A stretch of DNA of 64,000 nt from Candidatus Bathyarchaeia archaeon (GCA_049515895.1 JBEKTQ010000005.1:1-64000), one strand, 5' to 3'; positions 19,269-29,637 are shown, counted from the stretch's first letter. Notes: generated by a model from the letters alone, not told the origin. Program-made: numbers and translations.

Positions 19269-19850
19269 GTGAAATTCAAATCGCTGTATGAAAAAGCCAG
19301 GTTTCTTGACGGTTTAATAGATGAATACATCGAAGCGGAAGGAAGTTTTGTTCCCATTCGCCGGTTGCAGGAAAAGGTAGTCAATGTTTTTCCTGAGGCT
19401 GTTATGGTTAATTTTGGGCTGCATAAACTTGTTTTCCATTTGAAGCATAAAAGTCATGACCTGGCGCTGAAGGTTGGGAAAAAGCAGGACGTGGAGCGTG
19501 ACCACCAAGTGTACAAGCAGATGCCGCACAGTTTGAGGCATGAATATCTTGCAAGGATCTTTTGGCACGCCAAGTACTCGATTCTGCAGGAATACGGGGT
19601 TGAAGCCGAAGTTACGAGGCAACAACTCTTGCAATTTAGGGAGTTAGCTGGCAGGTATGGTTTGCTGGACATAACATGCGACAACATACGAGCGGTGAAT
19701 GGGCAATTGAAAATTATTGACGCAGGCATTTCGCCACCGGGCCTTTATGGGCTGTGGAAGACCGCTGACACAATTAGCCGCCGATTGCCTCCACCAATTA
19801 GCAGAATTATTAGGAAAACGCGGCTGATAGCCACCGTTAGGCAACGATAA
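19269..19850 (+). CDS. Minimal protein-kinase-like fold protein
   Basis: FGLHKLVF loop, ALKVG, DITCDNI, KIIDAG. Confidence 0.6.
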   Translation: MKFKSLYEKARFLDGLIDEYIEAEGSFVPIRRLQEKVVNVFPEAVMVNFGLHKLVFHLKHKSHDLALKVGKKQDVERDHQVYKQMPHSLRHEYLARIFWHAKYSILQEYGVEAEVTRQQLLQFRELAGRYGLLDITCDNIRAVNGQLKIIDAGISPPGLYGLWKTADTISRRLPPPISRIIRKTRLIATVRQR

Positions 19851-19917
19851 AAAGCCGAAAAATACTTCGAATTCTGTTTGTTTTTTCGGAAAAACATATC
19901 AAGTCGAGGCAACCATC

Positions 19918-21264
19918 ATGCATTATAACATGACACTCACATCGCCGATACAAACCATTCATGGCCCAGATAACTGGTTAAAAGACATTTTGACTTCGGC
20001 GAAACTCGCAAGCACCGACCAATTAGTTACCCGAACCTCACAGGACAGTCTATGCGTCCTATGCAAAGGCTCAAGATTTCTATGCGGCAAAACCCGTTGC
20101 CCAATCATGCTAAAAGTAAACTACTTTCTCAAAAGCGTTCCGCTAATGAGCGAAGATATCGCAGGTATGTCACCTCCTAGTGTTTTCATCGGACGAATCG
20201 GCTACCCAAATGTTTACGCTGGTCCGCTTGTGCCGCCTTTGCATGAAGACACGGCTGTCTATGATTTGCCTGAACGCTGGTTTGGGAAAAGCATGGATGA
20301 AATCGTCGGTTTCCGCAGCATGCTTGTCAGGGGGAAGCACAGAGTTAACGTACGAAACTTGATGGATGCTGGCAAAATTCTGGATCAAACCCGCGAGTTA
20401 GCTCTTGCTGACAGCAGTGTAGACATCGAATTGAACCTTACCAAAAAACCTCATAGCTCGATCTTTTTGGACGATAATGTTCAGCCCTTTGGTCCTTCAG
20501 CGCCAATTCGGGATTTACATGTTGGCAACGCACGTTACGATGACAAGATAGAGAAGGCGTACTACGACACGGATCTGCGTGCTCAACCCGCGGTACTTGA
20601 GCTTTATGGGAGAGGCGTTGTCGTAAGCAAGATTCAGAAGGCGTTTAGCGTTGGCGCTTTCGGAGTGGAAAAAAACCGACGCTTAGTTCCAACACGTTGG
20701 AGCATAACGGCTGTTGACGACATAATATCTAAGAATCTAATGGCGAAAGTCAAAACCTACCCTGAAATCAACGAATACAGAGTTTACGAGTCAATCTACA
20801 TGGATAACGTTTTTGAAATCTTGATGATCCCGCAAGGCTGGAGCTACGAATCCATGGAAGCTTGGTATCCAGGAACCGTTTGGAACCCAACTGGGAAAAG
20901 CATAGCTATTTTTTCAGATTGGGAAGACAATGGTGGAAGAACCACCTACGCGGCGATTGGGGGCTGCTATTACTCCGCCCGCTTGGCAACTTGCGAGCAA
21001 TTGGTGAAAGAGCGTCGGCAAGCCACAGTCATCGTTCTTAGAGAAGCCCGTCCCGGATACATCATGCCAATCGGCGTTTGGCAAGTACGTGAAAACGTCA
21101 GAAATGCAATGCGACAAAGACCTTACCTCTTCAAGAGTTTAGCTGAGTCGCTGCAGTTCATCGGGGGCAGATTTGAGATTCCTATGCAACGATGGATAAT
21201 GCAGAGTGAGCTTTTGAAGCGGGCACTTTTCCAAAAGAAGATATCGGACTTCTTCAAGGCTTAG
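19918..21264 (+). CDS. Nre family archaeal DNA repair protein (PCNA-interacting)
   Basis: N-terminal CxxCKG...CG...CP, SPPSVFIGR.GYP, LVPTRWSITAVDD, GGCYY.ARL, C-terminal PIP box QKKISDFF. Confidence 0.92.
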   Translation: MHYNMTLTSPIQTIHGPDNWLKDILTSAKLASTDQLVTRTSQDSLCVLCKGSRFLCGKTRCPIMLKVNYFLKSVPLMSEDIAGMSPPSVFIGRIGYPNVYAGPLVPPLHEDTAVYDLPERWFGKSMDEIVGFRSMLVRGKHRVNVRNLMDAGKILDQTRELALADSSVDIELNLTKKPHSSIFLDDNVQPFGPSAPIRDLHVGNARYDDKIEKAYYDTDLRAQPAVLELYGRGVVVSKIQKAFSVGAFGVEKNRRLVPTRWSITAVDDIISKNLMAKVKTYPEINEYRVYESIYMDNVFEILMIPQGWSYESMEAWYPGTVWNPTGKSIAIFSDWEDNGGRTTYAAIGGCYYSARLATCEQLVKERRQATVIVLREARPGYIMPIGVWQVRENVRNAMRQRPYLFKSLAESLQFIGGRFEIPMQRWIMQSELLKRALFQKKISDFFKA

Positions 21265-21355
21265 CACTTGATATGTGTTTGCAAAAATTGGTTTTCCGTC
21301 TTTGGGCGACAACAAATTTTAAAAAAGCAGTCTCTTATACACTGAACAGAAACCG

Positions 21356-22981
21356 ATGTTAAACCCTGCATTGAAACGATTCATTTTGCCTTTCGCGCCT
21401 CAAAAAATCAGGGAACCTTTCAACCTTGAAGTTGAAGAAGCCACCATTTATGCGTTGGCAGAGCTTGAAAGAATGAAGGGAGGCGGGTTATTAGTGAAGC
21501 AGCCGGAGGAAAAACTCGTTTTTTTAGCCAAAATCGGTTATCCACTTTGGCTGTTTCCCAAGAACGAAGCATCCTACATTTTTGATGACTTAAGTAATCA
21601 TGATTTTGCCATGTCCTATTTTGAATTGCCTTCGCCTAAAGTTTTCATGGACGGTTTAGAAAGTAACTCGAAGACTCGAGAAGACTTTATGGCTTTCCTT
21701 TCTGACCATAGCAATTACTTTTCTCAGCCCAAGCGGGAGAAGGAGGTTTCCGTTGACAATTTAATCGTTGACTTGAATTTCAAAAAAGAGTTCGGTGATT
21801 ACCGCAGAGAAGCCGTGGAAATTACAGGTCAGGCAGCAAATTATGCGTTACTTTCGCCGATACTTGAAGAAGCTAAAGTTTCTTCGGTTTTGACGGAGAT
21901 TGTCAATTTGCAAATGGGCGCCAGTGAAGATGCGGAGAAGCTTGCTGAATGTCTAAGAGCCATGAACAGGATAACTAGCCAATATGTTACGGAACTTGAC
22001 TACCAGGCGGAAGCCGTCAAGGATGAGACTGAGGCAAAAATTAGGGCGCAAGCAGAATTCATCAACCCTAAAATTGTGGCGCTAAACATTCAGTACAAAC
22101 GGCGAATAGCCGAAGTTGCCAGAAGCTTCGACCAAGAACTTGAAAACCTTGAGAAACTGAAGGCAAAGAGTGAAAAGAACATTGAGAGCAGCGAAGGCAA
22201 AATCAGGCTCTACCAGAGAGAAGCGGAAGCTCAAGCCTCAAGAAATCATTCTACTTTCGAGAAGCGGTGGAAAGAAAAAAGTGCCCTCACAAAAAAAGAG
22301 CTCAACGCATTAAAGAAAGAGCTAAAACGCACAGAGAAAAACATTAAGAGTCTGACTAAACAGAAAAAGTCCCAAACAGGCGTATTACAGCTTGAATTGG
22401 AAGCCGAAATCAAACATGCCCGCCAGCCTCTTGTAGAGCTTGAAGTCGCCCGCGAAGCTAAGATGCTCGTTTTTGAGCGGGAAACGGAGAAGTTGCTTAA
22501 ACTGGAAAAGCCCGTTGTCGACGGCCTTAACGACGCGATTAAACTGGAGGAGGCAGTCAACGCCAAATTTGCAATGCTTGGCAGCGTAGATCAACAGTTG
22601 AAGAGCCCGGCCTTGTTTTACGTTCCATTCTACACTGCATTCTACCAAGCAGGGTTAAGTAAACGGTTCATTTTCCTCGCGCCTTCCATGGCCGCCAGCG
22701 AAGGTTTCACCTCCAAACTTAAGGGCGCACTGGGCATGTCAAAGATTAAGGAGCTCTTGATTCCGCGTTTCAAAGCCATATCAGGGTTAATCGACAACGT
22801 TCAGGTTCTTGCTAAAAAGGACCAGTTTCTGGACAGCCAAATCAGAAGCTTAGGAGAAAAAAATAACCTTTTAAACTTCCGATTGACCCGCGACAAGATC
22901 GCGGATGGCTTGCTTCGGCTAAGAAGTCAAGGTTTGCTTTCAGACAGAGAATACCAGATTATAAGCGGCAGTTTGGCTTGA
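21356..22981 (+). CDS. Long coiled-coil hypothetical protein
   Basis: Central K/E-rich heptad region between globular N- and C-terminal parts (GYPLW; FYVPFY). Confidence 0.75.
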   Translation: MLNPALKRFILPFAPQKIREPFNLEVEEATIYALAELERMKGGGLLVKQPEEKLVFLAKIGYPLWLFPKNEASYIFDDLSNHDFAMSYFELPSPKVFMDGLESNSKTREDFMAFLSDHSNYFSQPKREKEVSVDNLIVDLNFKKEFGDYRREAVEITGQAANYALLSPILEEAKVSSVLTEIVNLQMGASEDAEKLAECLRAMNRITSQYVTELDYQAEAVKDETEAKIRAQAEFINPKIVALNIQYKRRIAEVARSFDQELENLEKLKAKSEKNIESSEGKIRLYQREAEAQASRNHSTFEKRWKEKSALTKKELNALKKELKRTEKNIKSLTKQKKSQTGVLQLELEAEIKHARQPLVELEVAREAKMLVFERETEKLLKLEKPVVDGLNDAIKLEEAVNAKFAMLGSVDQQLKSPALFYVPFYTAFYQAGLSKRFIFLAPSMAASEGFTSKLKGALGMSKIKELLIPRFKAISGLIDNVQVLAKKDQFLDSQIRSLGEKNNLLNFRLTRDKIADGLLRLRSQGLLSDREYQIISGSLA

Positions 22982-23123
22982 CGCTTGGAATTTGGGTTGA
23001 AAACTTCATTGCATTGTCCCGTTTTGAGGACAGAAATTCCCTTTCAAAAATCCAAAAAACTAAAAATAGATGGTCAGAAGAAGACTTATAGGCTACCAGT
23101 GTTACCCTTTTGTGGTTTTCAAA

Positions 23124-23207
23124 ATGGAAATAGACCTTTTTGTCAGAGAAGAAGAAGACGAAGATTGCGACGACTGTGATTGCGAAGACTGCGAGGACGA
23201 AGAATAA
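23124..23207 (+). CDS. 27-aa acidic Cys-rich micro-protein (candidate)
   Basis: ATG..TAA giving MEIDLFVREEEDEDCDDCDCEDCEDEE; TATA-like CTTATA upstream and T-rich tract downstream. Confidence 0.5.
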   Translation: MEIDLFVREEEDEDCDDCDCEDCEDEE

Positions 23208-23364
23208 ACCTTCTTCCAATTCCTTTTTTCTTTAGAGCCACAAAAAGAAACCAACCGCAGTTGACTACAGCGGATTTAATACTTTTTGACTTTGTGGAAG
23301 AGGACTCGAAAAACTTAATGCGCTCCGTCGCTTTTGATGATGGTTAATCGAAGGTGGTTTTGAA

Positions 23365-23778
23365 ATGAGAAGGTTCACGGGTAAGACTTCGACAGCGATA
23401 ATTCCATTTCCAGAGGACAAGATTTTGCTTGTCAAAAGGGACACTGTTCCATTCAAGGGTTACTGGGCGCTTCCTGGCGGCAGAATGGATCCGGACGAAA
23501 CTGTTGAGCAAACGATCATCCGCGAATGCAAAGAGGAAACTGGTCTTGACGTGGAAATTGTCCGCAAAATTGGGGAGTACTTGGAAAAAGGCGTGAAAGA
23601 CGAGGTGGAGTACGAGTACTACCCGACATGCTTCCTTGTCAATGTAGTTGGCGGCGAAATAAAACGTCAGGAAAGTGAAATTCAAGAAATCAAATTATAC
23701 AGCCTAGAAAAATTGCCAAGTCCTCTGGCGTTTGAACACCACAAAATGATTGTGGACTTTTTGAGCTTGAAAAAATAG
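23365..23778 (+). CDS. NUDIX hydrolase
   Basis: Nudix box GGRMDPDETVEQTIIRECKEETG; LAFEH. Confidence 0.92.
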   Translation: MRRFTGKTSTAIIPFPEDKILLVKRDTVPFKGYWALPGGRMDPDETVEQTIIRECKEETGLDVEIVRKIGEYLEKGVKDEVEYEYYPTCFLVNVVGGEIKRQESEIQEIKLYSLEKLPSPLAFEHHKMIVDFLSLKK

Positions 23779-24189
23779 TTACTGTTTTTCAAGTGCCTTC
23801 TTTATTTCCGTAAGGATCTCTGAGAAGTCTGCTGCTTTGTCGGGTTTCATGCCTTTCTTGGAAACCTTAAGCACCGTTTGGTAGCCCTTACTATCAAGCA
23901 TCTTCTCCATTGTCCCCATAGCTCTGCCGCTTCCGAAAAGGCGATGGGTACAGAAGACGATCGCTTTTTTGCCTTCCACTTTAGGCAGGTTTTCGATGAA
24001 AGCTGAGGCTTCCTTTGCCGGGCTCGCTCCCTCAACGGGAGTGCCGATGACTAAAAGGTCGCAGTCTTGAAATGAGGCAGGCTGCGTTTCTGCCATCGCG
24101 AAAATAGGTGCTTTCACAGAGTCACCTATTGCTTGGGCTAAGCGTTTGGTGTTTCCGGTCCTTGAAAAATAAACTACGCAGGTCTTCAT
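23779..24189 (-). CDS. Flavodoxin family protein
   Basis: YFSRTGNT FMN-binding loop, IGTP, VFCT. Confidence 0.88.
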   Translation of the reverse strand: MKTCVVYFSRTGNTKRLAQAIGDSVKAPIFAMAETQPASFQDCDLLVIGTPVEGASPAKEASAFIENLPKVEGKKAIVFCTHRLFGSGRAMGTMEKMLDSKGYQTVLKVSKKGMKPDKAADFSEILTEIKKALEKQ

Positions 24190-24294
24190 GAGTTGAGATA
24201 GCGTTTGCTCGGCTAATATAACCTTCTATATAGCCACTGCTGCCGTGAGGTGTTAATTTTAATAGTTCTGCAATAGTATTTCCTTTGGCTGAAA

Positions 24295-26070
24295 ATGATG
24301 GATTACGCAGTAATCGCTGAATCTTACGAGAAAATTGAAGCAACCACAAAACGGCTTGAAATGACGGATTTGCTGGTTGACCTGCTGAAGAAGACGCCTA
24401 AAGAAGTCATTGCAAAAGTCGTTTACTTAACTCAGGGTAAACTGTATCCAGATTTTCTCGGCGTGGAGATGGGTGTCGCCGAAAAACTAGCCATTAGAGC
24501 CTTAGCTAGGGCGTCTGGGCAAAGTGAGAGTCTAATCGAGTCGGAACTTCAGAAAAGCGGGGACATCGGCGAAACCGCTCAGAAACTCTTAGCTAAAAGG
24601 AAACAATCAACCTTTTTCAGCCTGAAACTTACGGTGGAACGGGTTTATGAGACGCTGGATAAGTTAGCTAAAACGTCGGGTTCCGGCGCTGTCGACACTA
24701 AAATGGCGATGCTTTGCGGCTTATTAACCGATGCGTCGCCGAATGAGGCAAAATGGATCATTAGAACGGTAACGGGTAACCTGCGGCTTGGGATCGCAGA
24801 CATGACGGTTCTTGATGCACTTGCGATAGCTTATGCAGGCGGCAAAGAAGCTCGGGAACTGGTTGAACGTGCGTACAGTATTTCGTCTGATTTGGGAAGG
24901 GTAGCGAACGTGGTAGTGGAAAAGGGTCTTGACGGAATAAAAAAGTTTCAAGTTATGGTTTTTGAGCCTATACGACCCATGCTGGCTGAACGCTTAGCTT
25001 CACCAGAAGAAATTCTCGACAAACTAGGCGGCAAATGTGCAGCCGAATACAAGTATGATGGCGAACGGGTGCAAGCTCACAAAAAGGGTGACAAGGTAAT
25101 CTTGTTTTCCCGACGCCTAGAGAACATTTCCGGCCAGTACCCCGACGCAGTGGACTTAGTAAAAGAAAAGATAGATGCCAAGGAAGCCATTTTGGAAGCC
25201 GAATGTGTTGCAATGGATTTGGAAACTGGCGATATGCGTCCGTTTCAGGAGCTGATGCATCGGAGACGCAAATATGGCGTGGAAGAAGCCATTACCCAGT
25301 ACCCCATTTCACTTTTTCCATTTGACCTTCTCTACGTTGACGGCAGAGATTTAACCCTTAAACCCTTAAAGGAGAGACGACGGGAATTGCAAAAAATCGT
25401 TAAGGAAACTGACCGCGTTACACCTGCTATCCAAAAAATCGTTAGAAACCCAAAAGAGCTTGAGGACTTCTTTGAAGAAGCCATAGAGAAGGGCTGCGAA
25501 GGGTTAATGTGTAAATCCGTCGCGGCAGACTCCGTGTATCAAGCAGGAAGCAGAGGCTGGCTATGGATAAAATACAAGCGCGACTACAAAAGCGAAATGA
25601 ATGACACAGTGGACCTCGTGGTCGTCGGCGCTTTTTACGGCAGGGGAAAACGGGTTGGAACGTACGGCGCCTTGCTTTTGGCTACGTACAACAAAGAAGC
25701 AGACACTTTTGAAACCGTAACTAAGTGTGGGACAGGCTTCACCGACAAAGATCTTGTGTCGCTTCGGGATATACTTGCGAAGCATTTGATTCCCCGCAAA
25801 AACACGCGTGTCCAATCGATGTTGCAGGCAGACGTCTGGTTTGAACCTAGTTTGGTGCTTGAGGTTTTGGGAGCTGAAATCACCCTCAGCCCAATTCACA
25901 TGTGCGCCATGGACTCGATTCGGAAAGGAAGCGGATTAGCGATTCGTTTTCCGCGCTTCACGGGCAAATACCGAACTGACAAAGCCCCTGAAGATGCGAC
26001 GTCTTCGAAGGAAATCGTTGAAATGTACCGTGCGCAACTTAAGAAAATCGGCGAATCTCCTATTCCATAA
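24295..26070 (+). CDS. lig: ATP-dependent DNA ligase
   Basis: EYKYDGER, EGLMCK, WLWIKYK, DLVVVG, IRFPRF. Confidence 0.96.
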   Translation: MMDYAVIAESYEKIEATTKRLEMTDLLVDLLKKTPKEVIAKVVYLTQGKLYPDFLGVEMGVAEKLAIRALARASGQSESLIESELQKSGDIGETAQKLLAKRKQSTFFSLKLTVERVYETLDKLAKTSGSGAVDTKMAMLCGLLTDASPNEAKWIIRTVTGNLRLGIADMTVLDALAIAYAGGKEARELVERAYSISSDLGRVANVVVEKGLDGIKKFQVMVFEPIRPMLAERLASPEEILDKLGGKCAAEYKYDGERVQAHKKGDKVILFSRRLENISGQYPDAVDLVKEKIDAKEAILEAECVAMDLETGDMRPFQELMHRRRKYGVEEAITQYPISLFPFDLLYVDGRDLTLKPLKERRRELQKIVKETDRVTPAIQKIVRNPKELEDFFEEAIEKGCEGLMCKSVAADSVYQAGSRGWLWIKYKRDYKSEMNDTVDLVVVGAFYGRGKRVGTYGALLLATYNKEADTFETVTKCGTGFTDKDLVSLRDILAKHLIPRKNTRVQSMLQADVWFEPSLVLEVLGAEITLSPIHMCAMDSIRKGSGLAIRFPRFTGKYRTDKAPEDATSSKEIVEMYRAQLKKIGESPIP

Positions 26071-26167
26071 AAAAATGGCTTAACAGACCGGGCATTTTCG
26101 TTATTCATAGAAAAAGCTAAGACAGATAAGCATCAAGCGCCAAAATAAATGGCGTGCGGGGATCAGC

Positions 26168-26824
26168 TTGGCGCAAGATTCAGAAAAAATGAGGTCACTT
26201 ATCGCTTTCAAGAAGCGGCTTGAAGACCAGCTTGAAAAATTGACAGCTGAATCCAAAGAGGTTCAGGCAGCGTTGGACACGGTTAACGATATTTTGCTTG
26301 AGAAGGGCTTTAGACGCCGAGATTTAAAAGAGATACCTGAAACAACCACGCCTACGCCTATTCCAAAAGAAGTTGTTTTGCCCAAAGCAGAGCCTGAAGC
26401 ACCAAAAGTTGTTATTCAAAGAGCGCCTGAACCGTCGAAAATCGCCGCGGCTCAGCAGGTTTCTGAATTGGAAACTGTTATACCGCTCAAAACTATGGCT
26501 GAGGAGCCTTTGGCGCTCATAGTTTTTGATAAGTTTGGAATGCATGTGTTGCCTGACGAGACAAAAAACTTCAGTGTTAACACGCCGCCTTTCAACAATT
26601 TTCTGGTCGAAAAGGTTTTCGCTAAGATGCAGGAAAAAGACCTTGAACTGGTAAGAACAAATCAGTTGACGGCGGATAAAGCGTTTTCTTTCCATGTAGT
26701 GCGTGAAGGCGAATTGATTAGGGAAATAGTTGTTCGTAACGTTGATGACGAACGGCTCAGGGAGCTTAAGTCGAGCATCCGCTGGACTTTTGAGAAAATG
26801 TATGAAAAAATGAAAAGCGCTTAA
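26168..26824 (+). CDS. Hypothetical protein (N-terminal coiled coil)
   Basis: 218-aa ORF, TTG start, Pro-rich linker, same strand as ligase. Confidence 0.7.
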   Translation: MAQDSEKMRSLIAFKKRLEDQLEKLTAESKEVQAALDTVNDILLEKGFRRRDLKEIPETTTPTPIPKEVVLPKAEPEAPKVVIQRAPEPSKIAAAQQVSELETVIPLKTMAEEPLALIVFDKFGMHVLPDETKNFSVNTPPFNNFLVEKVFAKMQEKDLELVRTNQLTADKAFSFHVVREGELIREIVVRNVDDERLRELKSSIRWTFEKMYEKMKSA

Positions 26825-26827
26825 ACT

Positions 26828-27190
26828 TTAAACTGAATGTTTTAGAAGCGTTTCAGTTATTCGGTTTTTTGGGCATAAGCCAACGAGGCGTTCAGTTTCC
26901 TGTCCGTCCTTGAAGAGTATCATTGTTGGAATGCTGAAAACTTGGAAGCGCCCAGCGGTAGCCGGGTTCTCGTCGACGTCAAGTTTGCCAATGAAAACTT
27001 TTCCACTGTATTCTTTTGCCAACTCCACGATTGTCGGAGCTAAGGCTCGGCAGGGTCCACACCAATTTGCCCAAAAATCAATCAAAACAACTTTGTTTTT
27101 CTTTATTGTCTCTTCAAAATTTGCGTCTGTAACATGAAAAGGTTCAGTACTCATCGTTTTTGGCTCCTTTACCACAATAGTTTTGGGCAC
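26828..27190 (-). CDS. trxA: Thioredoxin
   Basis: DFWANWCGPC, SIPT. Confidence 0.93.
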   Translation of the reverse strand: MPKTIVVKEPKTMSTEPFHVTDANFEETIKKNKVVLIDFWANWCGPCRALAPTIVELAKEYSGKVFIGKLDVDENPATAGRFQVFSIPTMILFKDGQETERLVGLCPKNRITETLLKHSV

Positions 27191-27351
27191 GTTTCATATA
27201 AACCGTTCGCGACGCATTTTCGGCTTATTTATCACGCAGAAATCTTGTTACTCGGTATCACTGCTTTTTTGCTAGCTGAGTTTTACGGGTATTGACTGTA
27301 ATGCTTAAAAGAGTTCTTTGGCTAGATTCTTGTTGGTAGGAAGGGTTTGTT

Positions 27352-27858
27352 TTGGGCAGCAACGTCAAGGAAACGGAGCGGTTCGGCAAGGGTTTGGATG
27401 AGGCTAAGAATTACGGTGAGGTTTGGCAGATTGTTAAGGAAACTGTGCAGTTCGCTTTAAGCACAAGGAGGGACAGCATGATGCTGTTTTTGGATGATTT
27501 GCCGCTTCAGTTGGGTGCATATTACCCCGTTGGAACCAACAACATCGTCCTTAATCGCGCGTTGGTTGAGATTGTTGAGGCATCCGTGAGTTCGAAGCCG
27601 ACGGTTAACGCTCTGGTTTACAACCTTCTGCTCCACGAGTACTTACATGCACTTGGCGACTTAACGGAAGCGGGGGTTAGACGGGGTGTTGTCCAAGTTG
27701 CGACGAAATGCTTTGGCGATCAGCATATTGCCACAGTTGTTGCCCGTAAGAGCCCATGGGTTCTTCTAAAAGACATCCCGCTTGGACCACAGACTGGACC
27801 AAAACGTATCATGCAAATCGTCAAAGACTTCGAGAAAACAAGCAAGTACATCGTGTGA
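27352..27858 (+). CDS. Zincin-like (HEXXH) hypothetical protein
   Basis: LGAYY..NNIVLN and LLHEYLHALG. Confidence 0.7.
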   Translation: MGSNVKETERFGKGLDEAKNYGEVWQIVKETVQFALSTRRDSMMLFLDDLPLQLGAYYPVGTNNIVLNRALVEIVEASVSSKPTVNALVYNLLLHEYLHALGDLTEAGVRRGVVQVATKCFGDQHIATVVARKSPWVLLKDIPLGPQTGPKRIMQIVKDFEKTSKYIV

Positions 27859-27891
27859 GCAGGCGCAGCCGGCTGGACTTTTTTCGGGAAA

Positions 27892-28071
27892 TTTGTTGTT
27901 TGTGAAATGGGTTGCTTTCCCGGTTTGGGGCTTGGATTGTTTGCAACTGCAATCTAGAAACATCTAAAAACATCTATAAAGATCTAAATTAATCTAAAAA
28001 AATCTATAAATCTCCCTATATCTCCCGCTTAATCTGAAAAAGCCAACAAAAATCTAACAATTTAAAAAAGC
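27892..28071 (-). repeat. Dispersed non-coding repeat, copy 2 (10-bp-phased core)
   Basis: Reverse complement aligns to 8321-8538; core of ATCTA units every 10 bp. Confidence 0.85.
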
Positions 28072-28093
28072 TATGCAAAAGCTTGCAAAAGTT

Positions 28094-28510
28094 TTAGGTT
28101 TCTTTTTCGTTGATTGCCATGATTGAAAATTTTATCTGCTTTACAGGCTTGTTGGCTTTTAACCCATCGATTAAGCCCCTGAGCCGCTCCGATGCACCTT
28201 TAACAACCATAACTTCTAGGCAGCTTGTCTCTGACAGATGCGCATGAAGATACGCGGTAATCATGTCATCAAACTCATGCTGCAACCTAAAAAGCTCCTT
28301 GTTCTGCTCTGCTTTGTCGTAAAGAACCGTTATTGTGGCGATAACGTTTCCTTGGATTTTCTCCAGTTCACTGTATTGAGTAAGGTACATGCGGACCGCC
28401 TGCCGGACGACTTCTGAGCGGGTTGCGCCTCGATCTTCTCCAAGGATTGTGTCCAGTTTTTCAAGCAATTCATTTGGCAATGAAAGACTAATAATGCTCA
28501 CTTGATTCAC
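28094..28510 (-). CDS. NikR-family (ribbon-helix-helix + ACT) metal-responsive regulator
   Basis: IISLSLP...RSEVVR RHH; metal site LQHE..HAH..CLEV. Confidence 0.88.
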   Translation of the reverse strand: MNQVSIISLSLPNELLEKLDTILGEDRGATRSEVVRQAVRMYLTQYSELEKIQGNVIATITVLYDKAEQNKELFRLQHEFDDMITAYLHAHLSETSCLEVMVVKGASERLRGLIDGLKANKPVKQIKFSIMAINEKET

Positions 28511-28632
28511 CTGAAATAACTGTTTGTCTATTGAGTTTGCTTGACTTAAATATTGTCATTTTTTGTTGTTGAAAAATGTGTTTTCTTTGGAGTTGGGCGA
28601 GAAGGGACGGGTTTTTTGTTTGGTTAACTATT

Positions 28633-28664
28633 GTTTATTAAAAAAAAGAGAAAACTTAATAAAC
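28633..28664. promoter_or_regulatory. Inverted repeat GTTTATTAA-N14-TTAATAAAC, candidate NikR-type operator
   Basis: Perfect 9-bp arms (TTATTA-N16-TAATAA core) overlapping the TATA-like box of the ABC operon. Confidence 0.6.
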
Positions 28665-28695
28665 TGTTTTTTATTCTTTGTTTGTTGGAGTAACC

Positions 28696-29637
28696 ATGAG
28701 AAAAACGACCTACATAATTATCACAGTATTAATAGCAATAATCATCGTCGCAACCGTGGCTGCTTTGTCTCTTACAAACAACGCGGGTACTCCCTCAAGT
28801 TCCAAATTAAAGGTTGTCGCGACGTTTTATCCACTGTACGATTTCGCCCAAAACATAGGCGGCGACAAAGTAAGCGTATCAATTCTTGTGCCTGAAACAG
28901 TAGACGTACATGATTTTGAGCCAACCCCATCCTCCATATTTGAAGTTTCCAGCGCAAATGTGCTTATCTATAACGGCGCCGGCTTAGAACCCTGGATACA
29001 ACAGGTAATCAATGCCGCAGGAAACTCCAAACTGATTGAAGTAGACACAAGCCAAGGAATTCACATTCTACCTGTTCCGGCCGAATTTCAAAAAAATAAC
29101 GAAACAGTTGATCCACATCTCTGGCTTGATCCAGTAAACGCGAAACAGCAGGTTAACAATATTCTTCAAGGGTTAATCAAAGCTGACCCCACCGACAGCC
29201 AATACTTCACCCAAAACGCACAAACATATGATGCGCAGCTGGACAACTTGAATGCCCTAGCAATTAATGCCACAACAAACACCCCCACTAAAATTTTTAT
29301 TACTTTCCATGAAGCTTTCGCCTATTTCGCCAACCAATACAACGTTACGCAGCTTCCTATTTCAGGACCATTCGAAGAAGAACCAACCCCCAGTGATATC
29401 CAAAATGTAATCACGGCAATCAACCAACATCACCTTAAATATGTCGGGTACGAGTCACTGGAAAACCCAGCAATATCCCAGTCGATAAGCAGCCAGACAA
29501 ATGCAAGTCTAATTCAGATGAACCCGATAGAGGGCTTAACCACTCAGGAAAAGGCTGCAGGCGACAATTACATTAGCCTTATGAAACAGGACATCGCTAA
29601 TATTCATACGGCGTTGAGCACAGTTGGAAACAGCTAA
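28696..29637 (+). CDS. Metal ABC transporter substrate-binding protein (ZnuA/TroA cluster)
   Basis: VVATFYPL, DVHDFEP, DPHLWLDP, FHEAFAYF; N-terminal anchor. Confidence 0.92.
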   Translation: MRKTTYIIITVLIAIIIVATVAALSLTNNAGTPSSSKLKVVATFYPLYDFAQNIGGDKVSVSILVPETVDVHDFEPTPSSIFEVSSANVLIYNGAGLEPWIQQVINAAGNSKLIEVDTSQGIHILPVPAEFQKNNETVDPHLWLDPVNAKQQVNNILQGLIKADPTDSQYFTQNAQTYDAQLDNLNALAINATTNTPTKIFITFHEAFAYFANQYNVTQLPISGPFEEEPTPSDIQNVITAINQHHLKYVGYESLENPAISQSISSQTNASLIQMNPIEGLTTQEKAAGDNYISLMKQDIANIHTALSTVGNS

